From: Azolla caroliniana
Lineage: Eukaryota; Plantae; Polypodiophyta
Assembly: GCA_043228905.1 (NCBI GenBank)
Contig: JBHGNT010000007.1
Span: forward strand, 16,926,001-16,990,000
DNA: 64,000 nucleotides
Reading direction: 5' to 3'
This document shows positions 26,789 to 38,205 of this stretch, one piece after another; within the stretch, counting starts at the first letter, position 1, and every line of letters starts with the position of its first letter. Made by a program: the position numbers and the translations under genes. Below the pieces are notes generated by a model. That model was not told where the DNA came from. It worked only from the letters and a program-made list of their open reading frames with translations, and searched no databases.

Positions 26789-27595
26789 TCAATTAGTAGT
26801 GCGATCATTTATGATCACTCGCCCATCTCGATAAAAGGCGCGATGCCCGTCTTTGCGAGCTTGCATAACCTTTGGCATACAACTCTTGCGATGCTCAATT
26901 TGCATCTTGGTGAGGTCTTCATCGAGATAGATAGGGTCCCCACCCAATCCTCGAAGAATTGGTCTCTTCTTAAAGAAAGTGATTCTAGAGTCTAAGTCTT
27001 TAAATTGAAGAACTAAGGCTCTCTTCCTAGTTGTGTCGCGTCCGGCCCTCCAAGCTTTGGTGATAGGTAGGGTCGTTGTGTACCCTAACATTTTCCCGAG
27101 TGTTTGTGCATCCTCGTCCGGGGATGCACCTTCCTTGAGCCCAATGACACGCACATTTAGGCGTCGGGCCTGACACATTTTCTCCTCTTCGAGGGTGGTA
27201 TTAACAATATTTTCATCCTTTATTTCTTTTTTAATGTTTCTTTTAACGACATCTACCCAACCTGTTTTTGCTAACTCTATGTTATTTTTAACCTCCTCTT
27301 TAACTTTTTTGATCTCATCTTTTATATCCTCTATGGAGGATATTTCACCGTCCTCTCGGGATACCTTGATGTCATTAAGTTGTTGTTTGAGGTTTGTGTT
27401 TTCCTCTTTAAGTTTTTCTATTTCGGCCTTGAGGGTGTCTTTTTCCTCTCTATCTTTTTTCTTGTGGGTTTCGGCGTCTTTCACCCATTTTTTCATATCC
27501 GTCTCTATTTTTGTTAAACGGTTAAACATATCCAAAAAGTCCTCCTTACTTATAGCCTCGTCTTGTGTATCCTTGTGTTCCTTTCGTTTAGACAT
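26789..27595 (-). CDS. LINE ORF1 (coiled coil plus RRM-like region)
   Basis: 268 aa; N-terminal heptad-rich coiled coil; RRLNVRVIGLKE, LVLQFKD and IYLDEDLTK motifs typical of LINE ORF1 RNA-binding regions. Confidence 0.85.
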   Translation of the reverse strand: MSKRKEHKDTQDEAISKEDFLDMFNRLTKIETDMKKWVKDAETHKKKDREEKDTLKAEIEKLKEENTNLKQQLNDIKVSREDGEISSIEDIKDEIKKVKEEVKNNIELAKTGWVDVVKRNIKKEIKDENIVNTTLEEEKMCQARRLNVRVIGLKEGASPDEDAQTLGKMLGYTTTLPITKAWRAGRDTTRKRALVLQFKDLDSRITFFKKRPILRGLGGDPIYLDEDLTKMQIEHRKSCMPKVMQARKDGHRAFYRDGRVIINDRTTN

Positions 27596-30500
27596 TGTAG
27601 TGTCAATAAGAAAAGAAAAAAAGGATAAAATAAATGGGTTCGAGACTTAGCCGAGTTTGTGTTATGTCGTAGTCACATTGGCATTTCGCACACGACGAGC
27701 ACGCTAAAAGGGATGCGCCGCCAAGAGAAGAAACGCGACACTCGGCAACCTCAAGAAACAAGGAAGAGAAGAGCACGGCAACGGCAATGGCGACTACAAC
27801 GGATGATGATGAACTGCAGCAGGTCGTCCAGCACGCCGACGGCAGCAGACGGCGACGGACGTTAGTAGACAACGACGGACGTCAGAGGCGGCAGCGCGGC
27901 AACAGACGACAGCAGCACGATGGGGGGGGACTGCAGCTCGGTAGCAGGCGGCGACAGACGTCGCAGACGGCAGCGACGACAGCGTGGCGCACGACCGTTG
28001 CAGAGAGAGAGACAAAAAACATTTTTCTGTTGTAACCGCCAGTTGGCGAAGATAAAGCTCGAGGTCATTGCCTCTAAGTCTCCTATTGTACCCTTCCTCT
28101 CTATAGTGAGTCTGTTCGGAGCTAGAGAACTCTCGTAGTTTTGCCTCTCGAGGTTTTCCACATAAACATCCGGTGTCGTCTCGGTTGACTACGTAAGTGC
28201 GTTGTTATTTTCTATTCAATCTTCCATTTCCGTGGTGAGGTTCGGTTGTGGCCGGGCGCTATTTTCTTCAAATCTGGTATCAAAGATTGGTTTCAAGACT
28301 AAATAGAAAATGGAAGATCCATTCGGCGGCATGCTCAAGCTCACATGCTCCAACTACCCAGTATGGAAGTTGAAGATAAGGGACATTTTGGTGGTCAAAG
28401 ATCTCTGGCTGCCGGTATAGTTCGGAGATGCAAGACCAAACAAGATAGATGCTCTGACTTGGGAGGTAATGCACATGAAGACAACAACCTACATTCGATG
28501 CTTCATCGACATGAGCTTGTACAACAACATCAATGAAGGAGAGTAAGGCTCGTGAACTTTGGGAGAAGATAGGAATCATGTTTCAGAACAAGAATGCCGT
28601 AAATTGAGTCTCAGTATTCCAGAAGTTAGTGGGACTGAGATATCAAGACGACTCCAGCATGGCAGAGCACATGAATGCCTTCTGGGGGCTTATAAATCAA
28701 ACAACCTAGTTGGAAGTACCTCTAGCTGATGAGGTACTCGAGCTGTTGCTGCTCAGTTCCCTTTCGGATAGTTGGGAGACATTAGTTGTCACTTTGGGCA
28801 ATACCGGGCCGAAAGGGAAACACCTATCCCTAGCAAGGGTTAAATCAAGCTTGTTGGATGAAGAGGCTTGTCAAAAAACAAGGAAGTGATCTTCGACCCA
28901 AAAGCCTTGGTTACCAAAACCGACGCACAACGAGGAAGTGGCCGGAATCGGAGTCCCTAGAACTGGGATAAATTGGGGACGAGGTCAAAATCAAGGGGGA
29001 GCCCCACGGGCTTCTATTGTGGGAAGTCAGGGCATTTCTAGAAGAATTGCCAACACTTCCGGAAGGAGAAAGGGGGAGTCGACAATGCCAACTCGAAGAA
29101 GGGTCCGAACTGGAAGAGTTCGGATCAGAAAGGAACATCAACAATCGTGACAACTGAAGAAGAAATGTTTTTTATCACTGAGGAGAGCGAGCTAAATCTT
29201 TTCAACGATGAAACGGCGTGGGTGGTTGACTCTAGAGTGTCATTCCATCTTACCCCCGACCAGAAGTACATAGCCGGTGATCACAACTGTGTAAGGATGG
29301 GAAATGAAGGTGCATGTTGAACCGTCGGCATAGGAGATGTGTGTTTGACTACATCAACCGGGTGCAAACTGTTGTTGAAAGATGTCTGACACGTTCAGTA
29401 GGTTCGAATGAACCTGATATCAACCGGTTGGCTAGATGATGAAGGCTACACCAGTAGCATCCGGAATGAAGTCATGAAGTTCAGCAAAGGGAGCCTAATC
29501 ATCGCCCAAGCCCAGAAGATCAACACCTTGTACTTGATGCATGCCTGGATATGCTGGGAGGAAGTGAACATAGCTTCCGACATTGCTAGTGAGCTGTGGC
29601 ACAAGTGGTTGTGCCAGATGAGCCAGAAAGGGATGCGTAAATTTGTTGAGGACAACCTCATTTTGGACGTGAAAGATGTGTATCTTGAGAGGTACACCGA
29701 CTGCTTGGCCGGCAAGCAAAACCGAACCTCTTTCCGGACCAGACCACCGACAAGATAGAAAGAACCAATGAAGCTCGGGCATACCGATGTATGCCAAGTG
29801 GATGCGAAGTCACATGTTGGGTCGTAGTACTTCGTGATGTTCATAGATGACCATAGCTGGAAGATGTGGGTCTCCCCGCTGAAGACGAAGGATCATGTGT
29901 TGATTATCTTCAAGAAGTTCCATGCAAGAGTGGAAAGAGAAACTGGCTAGAAGCTGAAAGCTGTTCGAGCCGACAACAGTGGAGAGTACCGTGGGTAGTT
30001 CAAGGAATACTACCGGTCAAAAGGAATCCAGCTCGAATTTACCGTACCGAAGACACCTGAACGACTGGCCGAAAGGATGAACCGAGTTATGATGGAGAGA
30101 GTTTGGAGCATGCTGGCACATGCTAAGTTGTCCAATACGTTTTGGGCTAAGGTGCTGATGACGGTGACCTATGTGATAAATAGATCATCCTCAACGCCCT
30201 TGGATGGAGACACACCACAAAGAGTATGGTACCGGCATTTGAAGGTGTTTGGTTGTCTTGCCTACATGCATGTTGCAAAGCACAAGAGAGAGAAATTGGA
30301 TCCAAAGTCCCGACCATGCATATTAATTGGGTACAATGATGATGAGTTTGGCTATCGAGTGTGGGACTTGGTCGACAAGAAGGTTTTCCGGAGTTGAGAC
30401 ATAGTCTTCATGGAAGACAAGACCATTACCGATTGGGAGTTGCAGAAGAAGACAATGAACTCCGAGTCGACCGACAGAGATCGGTTGAAAGATACAAGAA

Positions 30501-30992
30501 CCCATCCGGCCGGAAGCTGGATCACACTCGAAGAACCGGCCGAAGTCTGAAAAGAAACCTAACTGACCGAAGAAGAATCGAACACCGGAACCGGATAAGA
30601 CCCCGAATCGGATTTAGATGAAGAACAGCTGGTGGAACCGGTGGTAGAAAACCAAGGACGAAGATACCCTCTAAGAGAGAGAAGGCCCCCCCAGAGATTT
30701 CCGGATGTAGAGCATGTTTTACTGACCGACGAAGGGGAGGCAAAAAGCTTCGAAGAAGCAAAGAAAGACACCCACAACCGCAAGTGGTTAAGTGCCATGC
30801 CGGATGAGATGGATTCCTTGCATGAGAACCACATATACGAATTGACAGAGCTGCTGGAAGGGAAGAGAGCACTTCGGAACAAGTGGGTGTACAAGCTAAA
30901 CCCGGGAGACGCCAGAAATCCACTGAGATACAAAGCTCACATTGTGGTGAAGGGCTTCCAACAGAAGAAAGGAGTGGATTTCGATGAGATCT

Positions 30993-32573
30993 TGTTGGAC
31001 TCATTTTTATTGTCATAGTGAATTTGATTTACTAGATGTCTCGGCCTATGGGAGCAATGAATGGCTATATGTCCTAGACCTCCGCAATATAAGCACAGAC
31101 AGTTTGCTTGCTGTCGTTGCTTCTCTTCGTCCGACAACAGTCCTCGTCGTTGAGTGATATCGATGTCCATGGGTGTAGGATTATCCATTGGGACTGGACT
31201 ACGTGTTTGCCTTGGAGTTGGAGCAGGGCTATATGTTTGCCTTGGGGATGATTGTGTCGTTACTGATGCATAAGTTGGTGTGAATCTTGATCTTGTTATT
31301 TGTTGTTGTCACTCACATTGATGCTCAAAAAGGCGATTATCACCTTGTATTGCTCAACTAATAGCTTTTGTAAGTGACCTTGGATCCTTAGGGAAGGTAG
31401 GAAGTAAGTCTTTGACATCACTACAAAGGCCTGGATGGAATTACTCCATTAGGGCTTGTTCATCCCAAGGAATATTGCTTGCGACAAGATGGAAATTGGT
31501 TACATATGTCGAACCTAGCTGATCACCTTGACGTAGTGTACGAATCTTGAGGATAATTGTTCTCACCCCATTAGTATCTCCGAAACAAGCCTTAAATTCT
31601 TTGATAAATTCCTCAAAATTATTCAGTAGAGGAGAATTTGTCTCTAGCAATGGAGCAAACTACGAGAACGTTATGCCAGTCAATAAGGTGCCCACTAACC
31701 CGACTCGTGATGCATCTGCCGGATAACGTTTGGGATGCATTTGAATCACCAACCATACTTGATTCAAGAAACCTCGGAAATGCGCCCTTGAACCATCAAA
31801 TTTAGCTGGGAGGCTGATTTTGGATTCCTTGATAAGTCCTTGACCTTCGACCCTTTGTTGTTGTAACACTACGATTGTCGACTCTAATTGTTGAACTTGT
31901 CGTGTGAACTCCTCTTGTTGTTGCCGCTTTTCTATAGTAACCTTTTGTAGATCCCCAAGTAGACGTTGATTCTCTACTTCAAGAGATGCGAACTTGGATT
32001 TAATATTCTCCATTTCTGCAACAAGGGTGAGATATTCTTCTGAGTTAATGGCAACCATGGTTTCGTGATGGTTACAGAGGAGGATGAGAGAGAGAGAGAG
32101 AGAGTGAGTGAGGGAATTTGAATCAAACTGTCAAAACCAAGAATAAAAGATAGAGTGATAGAAGAAGGATATAAGGGAACACGAGAAGAAAGGAACGAAA
32201 TGCTAATAGAAGAATGAGTGTATTAAGATAGAGAAAGAAAGAGAATGGATACAAGATATGTAATGAGAGCTAAAGACTAGTGTTGATTCGAATTGATTTG
32301 AGAATACATGTATGCCCTTATTTATAGGTTCCTATAGAATAGCTTAGAGATTTCTATAATGTTCTAGAATGTTCTAGACCTAGAATGTTCTAGGACATTC
32401 TAGAACATTCTAGAATGATCTAGAGTTTTTACAATAATCAATCTAATACAAAAAGTAGCTTATATCCTTTGATATGACAATAAGCTATCTTAATGATTGA
32501 GGTTTTCAATTATGGATTACAAGGTTCGAGGTTCAAGTCTGGGTGACGCCATAATGGTCATGTGTTCATGACA
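30993..32573 (-). mobile_element. Tcn1-like Gypsy element E: 5' LTR (32129-32573) and decayed gag
   Basis: LTR TGTCATGAAC...TGACA; gag LPAKFDGSRAHFRGFLNQ, IPWDEQALM, PTPMDID and zinc knuckle CLYCGGLGHIAIHC; truncated after gag. Confidence 0.85.
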
Positions 32574-33240
32574 CCATCTGCTCGAGCTCTAGGTTTTCTG
32601 TGTGAGAATATCTCGGAGGGGGTGGTCATCTTGACTACTGGTGAGAATATCTCGGAGTAGTCGACCCCATGTTCTTGTTTGAAACCCAATTTGTAGTTTG
32701 ACCAGCTCCCATGTCTAATTCTTGTGAATCGAGTCCATTTCGAATTTCATGGCTTGTAGCCATGTTTCGACGTCTGTTGCAGCCATAGCTTCTTCATAAG
32801 TGCTTGGTTCTCCTGCATCGATGTAGTTGACATAGTCGAGGCCAAGTTGGTAGAACTCTTTCTGCCTTCGAGCTCGTCCAGATCTCCTAAGTGCCGAACT
32901 AAGAGGTTCAGATTCTTCCATCGGGCTTCACATCCGAATACATGGAGCCTATTGTAGGTCGGTTGTTTGCCTGACCATAGTGCCTGTGGCACTTCGAGCC
33001 TGATTACCTTCGACGGTGATAGATTTACAAAGTATACTGTCATTTGCAATGCTTTAGCCTAGAACTCCAGTTTTAGTCCGGCTTGTTGGAGCATTGCCAT
33101 CACCCTCTCCTGGATTGTTCGGTTGATCCGTTCTACCACTCCATTCTACATGGATGTGTAAGGAACAGTCTTTTGATGTCGAATACCTTTTTTGGACAGG
33201 TACTGCTAGGAGGTATATTCGCCTCCGTTGTCGGATCGGA
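32574..33240 (-). mobile_element. Copia integrase/RT fragment (related to element C)
   Basis: RSDNGGEY near 33215-33240, RLHVFGC, GEPSTYEEAM...WLQAMKFEMDSI; internal deletions. Confidence 0.75.
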
Positions 33241-34036
33241 GTGTCTCTCTCTATCTCTCACTCTTTGTGTACACGCTCTATCAACACTCTATTACAGCAT
33301 CATCACTAAAGTGATTGCCCTAAGTCATATTTATACTTATATGACATTTGGGCTATTTACAAATATAGCCTCGATGGGCTCACCATGAAACATATTTACA
33401 CATATGTCCTTGGATCCGGTTGGCACCGGATCCATCCGGTTTCCGAGTCTCATCTGGAACCCTTTCGGATCTTGTTCCTTCATCCAACTCGTCCGATCCG
33501 GCTTCTCCGGTTGTCATCCGAATACCATCCGGAGGGACTGAATTCCCAACAAATTCCCCCTTCACTCCGGCATGGGATTTCTCTTAATCCGATCCGTTTC
33601 CGACACATGTCTAGTTTGTCAGCTGATAGCACCTTGGTTAGCATATCCGATCCGTTCTTCGTGTGGATCTTCGTTTGCACGAAGTCTTGATCTTCTACTT
33701 TCTCCTGGATCCAATGATACCTTGGTTGGATATGCTTCGTCCAGGAATGGTAGGCCGCATTATTCGCAAGGTGGATGGCACTTTGATTGTCGTAGTAGAG
33801 CCGGAATTCCTCCTGCCGGATCCCTACCTCTCCAATGAAATCCTTCATCCAAATTATCTCCTTGCTGGCTTGCACAGCTGCCATGTACTTCGATAGTGCA
33901 ACGGACTTCTGCAGCCTTGATTGCCATGATACAGCTCCCCCTGCATAAGTCATGATATATCCGAATGTAGCTCGACTGGTATCCGCATCAGCCGACATAT
34001 CTGAATCCGTGAAACCGTTAAGTTGGGGTTTACCGA

Positions 34037-34950
34037 TGTCGTGAAGATTTTCGACAACAGTGTGAAAATCGCGTGGAATCGAGAAGGTGTAATGTGCACA
34101 CGAATGAAAGGGGTGATGGTTACACTCATACATTAGCATGTTGTAAATATAAATGTAATGAGAACACCTAAAGCCTATTTGCATTTTCAAGCATGCGAAG
34201 GGGTGCAAGTATTGAACCTTGCACCTCCAAGATAGAAGACAACTGACTTATCATTAGGCTAAGTTATTTCTTCAAATCATCGTTATGTTTTTCACATGTG
34301 AATGCTCATACATGAGAGCTTGGATGAGGTACATGGTCATCATGCATCACATGTGATGCATGAGCGCCAAATGGCAATCATGCCTCGCATGCATTTCATG
34401 CATTGTATGCATGTCTTACACCCTCACATGCACATATGCATGGGGGCATCTATATAAGTGGGAATCGATCGATGAATCAAACAAGCTATGTATCAAGCAA
34501 GCTATGGATTAAACCAAGATATTTTAATAAGAAAACCTAGGTATCTTATTGGCGATGTGTCTTGTTTCTCTAAATTAAAGTGAAGGGTTCAAACCTAGAA
34601 TTGGAATTTCAATCCGTCTACATCTATCTATCTATCTATCTTAAATACTTCCTCAATTTTCGTTTCTCTCTCTCACACACTCTCAACCACATTAGTGTGT
34701 TACTTCAGCTACCTACACGTCAATCTACCGCACCATTGAGTCGGGTTCGGGAGCGTCTTCGACAACAAAGGACGACTCGATGATAAGCCTAAATGGCCAA
34801 TTCCTTACAAACACAAGTCACCCGATTTGTTCTCCCCGGTCAAAGACCTTGGTGGTCCCGTTCAACTGACCCGTAGGCGCGGAAATCCCATCGTCAATCC
34901 TCCATAACCACTAGCGGATAGAGGCCCGGTGCTTGTCTGCGCTTGTGACA
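34037..34950 (+). mobile_element. LTR-like insertion (TGTCGTGAAGAT family) within element F
   Basis: 5' end and central ATGAGCGCCAAATGGCAA..GGCATCTATA block are shared with 41025-41890; the right end is uncertain (34764 or 34950). Confidence 0.6.
34198..34262 (-). other. tRNA-Arg-like module inside an LTR
   Basis: Minus strand: TAGCCTAATGATAAGTC..CTTCTAT..GGTGCAAG GTTCAATA CTTGCACC, i.e. A box, TCT-type loop and a paired T-arm-like hairpin. Confidence 0.55.
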
Positions 34951-35091
34951 CGCACATCTCGAGCCAAACCGGAGGCACATATTCGAGGTGCCCTTCAGAT
35001 ACAGGACTATCCACTTGACCGCGTTCCAGTGCTCTCTTCCCGGATTGCTCATGAACCGACTAACTACTCCGACAACATATGCAATATCCGG

Positions 35092-35640
35092 TGTCGTGAC
35101 TCTTGAGTAGGAAGCAGAGAGAGAGAGCGATGGCGATAGAGATAACGATAACGATAGAGATGGCGAGAGCGGTAGAGATAACGATAGTGATAGAAAGAGA
35201 GTGAAAGAGGGAGAGAGTGCGAGAGAGAGAAAAGTATAAGTGAGAGATAAGAAATGGGAATGCGATTATATTATGAGAAAGAAGATTACAAGGAGTAGGC
35301 TAAGGGCTAAAGACTGGTGTTGAACCGAATGAGTTGTGATGAGTGTATGGACTCTTATTTATAGGCCCTTATGGAGTATTCTAGAATGTTCTAGAATATT
35401 TTAGATATTTATGAATAATAATAATAATAAATATAATCATGAAATATTCAAGAACATTCTAGAATAATCTAGAATGTTCTAAATATCTCGTAATAACTAA
35501 ACATATAATTATTATGATTACATCTCACATATGTTATTACAATGGTTAAAGTACAATATGTAAACCAAGAGGTTATGGGTTCGATTCCTGGTTCGCCAAG
35601 ATGAATGTCATGATAAGCCAAGATGTATGTCTTCATGACA
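35092..35640 (-). mobile_element. Solo LTR of the Tcn1-like chromovirus family (related to G)
   Basis: TG...CA termini; 5-bp TSD TCCGG at 35087-35091 and 35641-35645; homologous to LTR 50018-50510. Confidence 0.92.
35533..35598 (+). other. tRNA-like (Pol III A/B-box) module inside the LTR, antisense to the element
   Basis: TATTACAATGGTTA ... GGTTCGATTCC ... GCCA. Homologues at 32480-32551 (+), 45098-45165 (-) and 50037-50104 (-). It does not fold into a full cloverleaf. Confidence 0.6.
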
Positions 35641-38205
35641 TCCGGCCAGGTACACACCATTGCGCACATCAAGCTCCCGACGACGGAGGCATATGGTATC
35701 TTCATCATATCCGTCTTCTCCGACATGTTGAACCATTGAAGCACCTTTGTCACGTACTTCTCTTGTGACAACCACAACAACTTCTTCGGCAAGTCCTAGA
35801 TGATGTGCATCCCTAATATCTGTTTTGCCAAACCCAAGTCTTTCATTGAGAAGGTTCGGTTCAGAGCCTTCTTCAGTATTCGGATCTTGTTTTGGTCTCT
35901 TCCGACAATCAACATGTCGTCCACATAAATCAGGAGTATCAAGAAGTCGCCTCTGTCAAATTTCTTCACAAACACGCAGTGGTCCGCTTGTGTCTTGTGG
36001 TACCTTGGGTTGGTCATGAAGGAGTTGAACTTCCAGTACCATTGCTGGGGGGCTTGCTTCAATCCGTATAGGCTCTTCTTTAGCCGGCATACCAGGTGCT
36101 CCTTCCCTTTCCTCTCAAATCCTTCTGGTTGATGCATGTAGATCTCTTCTTCGAGGTCGCCATGTAGGAATGTCGTCTTAACGTCCAGTTGCTCTACCTC
36201 GAGGTCCATGCTTGCCACTCTGCTCAATACCGTCCGGATGGATGTCATCTTTACTACCGAGGTGAAGATCTCGTTGAAATCAACTCCTTTCTTCTGCTGG
36301 AACCCCTTCACCATGATCCAGGCTTTGTACCTTGGTGGATTTCCAGCGTCTCCCGATTTCAGCTTGTACACCCACTTGTTCAGGAGTGCCCTCTTTCCTT
36401 TCAGCAACTCCGTCAGTTCGTATGTGTGGTTCTCATGTAGGAAATCCATCTCGTCCTGCATGGTACTCAACCACTTGTGGTTGTGGGTGTCTTTCTTAGG
36501 TTCCTCGAAGCTTTCCGGCTCCCCCTCATTGGTCAACAATACGTGCTTTGCATCCGGAAATCTCCGGAGGGCTCTTCTCTCTCTGAGAGGGTATCCAACT
36601 CCAGTGGTGCATTCCGTCTCATCGGTGGTCTTGAGCGGAAGGAGATTCAGTTATGCTTTCCGGCCAAGAAATCGGTGCACTCCTCAAGATCCATGTCTTT
36701 CACCTTCGGAATGCGGTTGTCTTTGGCAGGTCTTCTCATCCCCTTCTGGGTCATATGACACAGTCTCTTGTGCCACAGCTCACTGGTAGTGTCAGATGCT
36801 ACATTCACTTCTTCCCGGCATATCCGGACATGCATCAGATACATCGTGTTAATCATCCAGGCTCGAGCCACAATCAGGCTTCCTTTTCTGAATTTCATGA
36901 TTCCGTTCAAGATGCTACCCATGTAGCCTTCATCATCTAGCCGACCGGCTGATATCAGGTTCAACCGAACCTACGGAATGTGTCGCAATTTGCATCCGGT
37001 TGATATCATCAACAACACATCTCGTATGCCGATGATTCGGCAGGTCCCTTCATTCTGCATCCGGACACAACCGTGATCTCCGGCTGTGTAGGATGAGAAG
37101 CATTTCCGTCCGATGTTAGATGGAATGATGCTCCGGAATTGACAACCCACGTTGTCTCGTCGCCAACAAGGTTTAACTCATTCTCCTCAGCAATGAGCAT
37201 CAGTTCTTCTTCACTTGTCGTGATCGCCGACGTTCCTTTCCGATCCGGACCTCTCCGGTCCGAACTCTTCTTCAGATCGGTGGTTTTGACCCCTTTCTCT
37301 TTCTGGAAATGTTGACAGTTCTTATGGAATTGCCCCGGCTTCCCACAGTAAAAGCAAGTGGGCCTTCCCCTTGACTTCGACCTCGTCCCCGATTTGTCCC
37401 AGTTTTGGGGACTTTGATACCAGCCTCTTCCCCGGTTTTGGTCATCTTCCATGACCAAGGCCTTCAGATCCGTTCCAGATTCCCAGTCCTTCCGGCAAGG
37501 TTCTTCATCTAGCAAGCTTGATTTTACCCTTGCTAGGGACAACTGCTTTCCTTCCGACTTGGCATTCCCCAAAGTGACAACTAGCGTCTCCTAACTATCT
37601 GGGAGGGAACCGAGCAAGAGCAATGCAAGTACCTCATTGGCCATAGGTACTTCAAACAAAGTTGTTTGATTTATGAGCCCTTGAAATGCATTCATGTGCT
37701 CTGCCATGCTAGATCCGTCCTGGTACCGGAGTCTCACTAGCTTCCAGAATACCAAAACCCGATTTACGATGTTTTTACTCTCCAGCATAGTGCCGATTTT
37801 CTCCCAGAACACATGAGCTTTACTTTCTTAATTAAAGTTGTTATACAAGCTCATGTTGATGAAGGACCGAATATACGTCGTTGTCTTCATGTGCATCACC
37901 TCCCATGTCGTGGCATCGATCTTGTCGGGTTTCTTGTCCCCGAACTGTACCGGCAGCCAGAGATCTTTTACCACGAGCATGTCCCTCATCTTCGACTTCC
38001 AAACTGGGTAGTTGGAGCCAGTGAGCTTGAACATGCCACCGAATGATTCTTCCATTCCCTTGTTAGCTTTGATACCAGTTTGTGCAGAAAATTAGCGCTT
38101 GGCCACAATTGAGTCTTAAACAACGAATGGAAGGAAAAAACAAACTAACAACTAGATGACACACGATGTTTATGTGGAAACCCTAAATGGGAAGATGGGA
38201 AGATA

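Larger units (their letters stand above)
22861..28001 (-). mobile_element. Full-length non-LTR retrotransposon (LINE, RTEX-like architecture)
   Basis: GC-rich 5'UTR ~27600-28001, ORF1, APE-RT-CCHC ORF2, short 3'UTR with (TTTC)n-like tail; 11-bp TSD AGAGAGAGAGA at 22850-22860 and 28002-28012. Confidence 0.93.
22561..30992 (+). mobile_element. Copia element D (3'-truncated); 5' LTR interrupted by the LINE
   Basis: LTR 22561-22860 plus 28013-~28270; PBS TGGTATCAAAG at ~28276; gag start MEDPFGGMLKLT at 28310; protease, GAG-pre-integrase, integrase and RT N-term with many stops; breaks off at VDFDEI near 30990. Confidence 0.85.
33242..38190 (-). mobile_element. Copia element F (both LTRs partial, internal deletions)
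   Basis: PBS TGGTATCAAAGC at ~38066-38077; gag MEESFGGMFKLTGSNY; RT ORF 35796-36539 (IYVDDM); RNase H; PPT TGAAGGGGGAATT next to the 3' LTR start at 33551. Confidence 0.85.

Noticed and set aside
27603-28161. Several overlapping ORFs on both strands
   Set aside because: By-product of the GC-rich, triplet-repetitive LINE 5'UTR and adjoining LTR; no domain similarity.
35533-35598. Functional tRNA genes at the tRNA-like modules
   Set aside because: Acceptor and anticodon stems do not pair; only promoter-box-like parts remain, and all lie inside LTRs.
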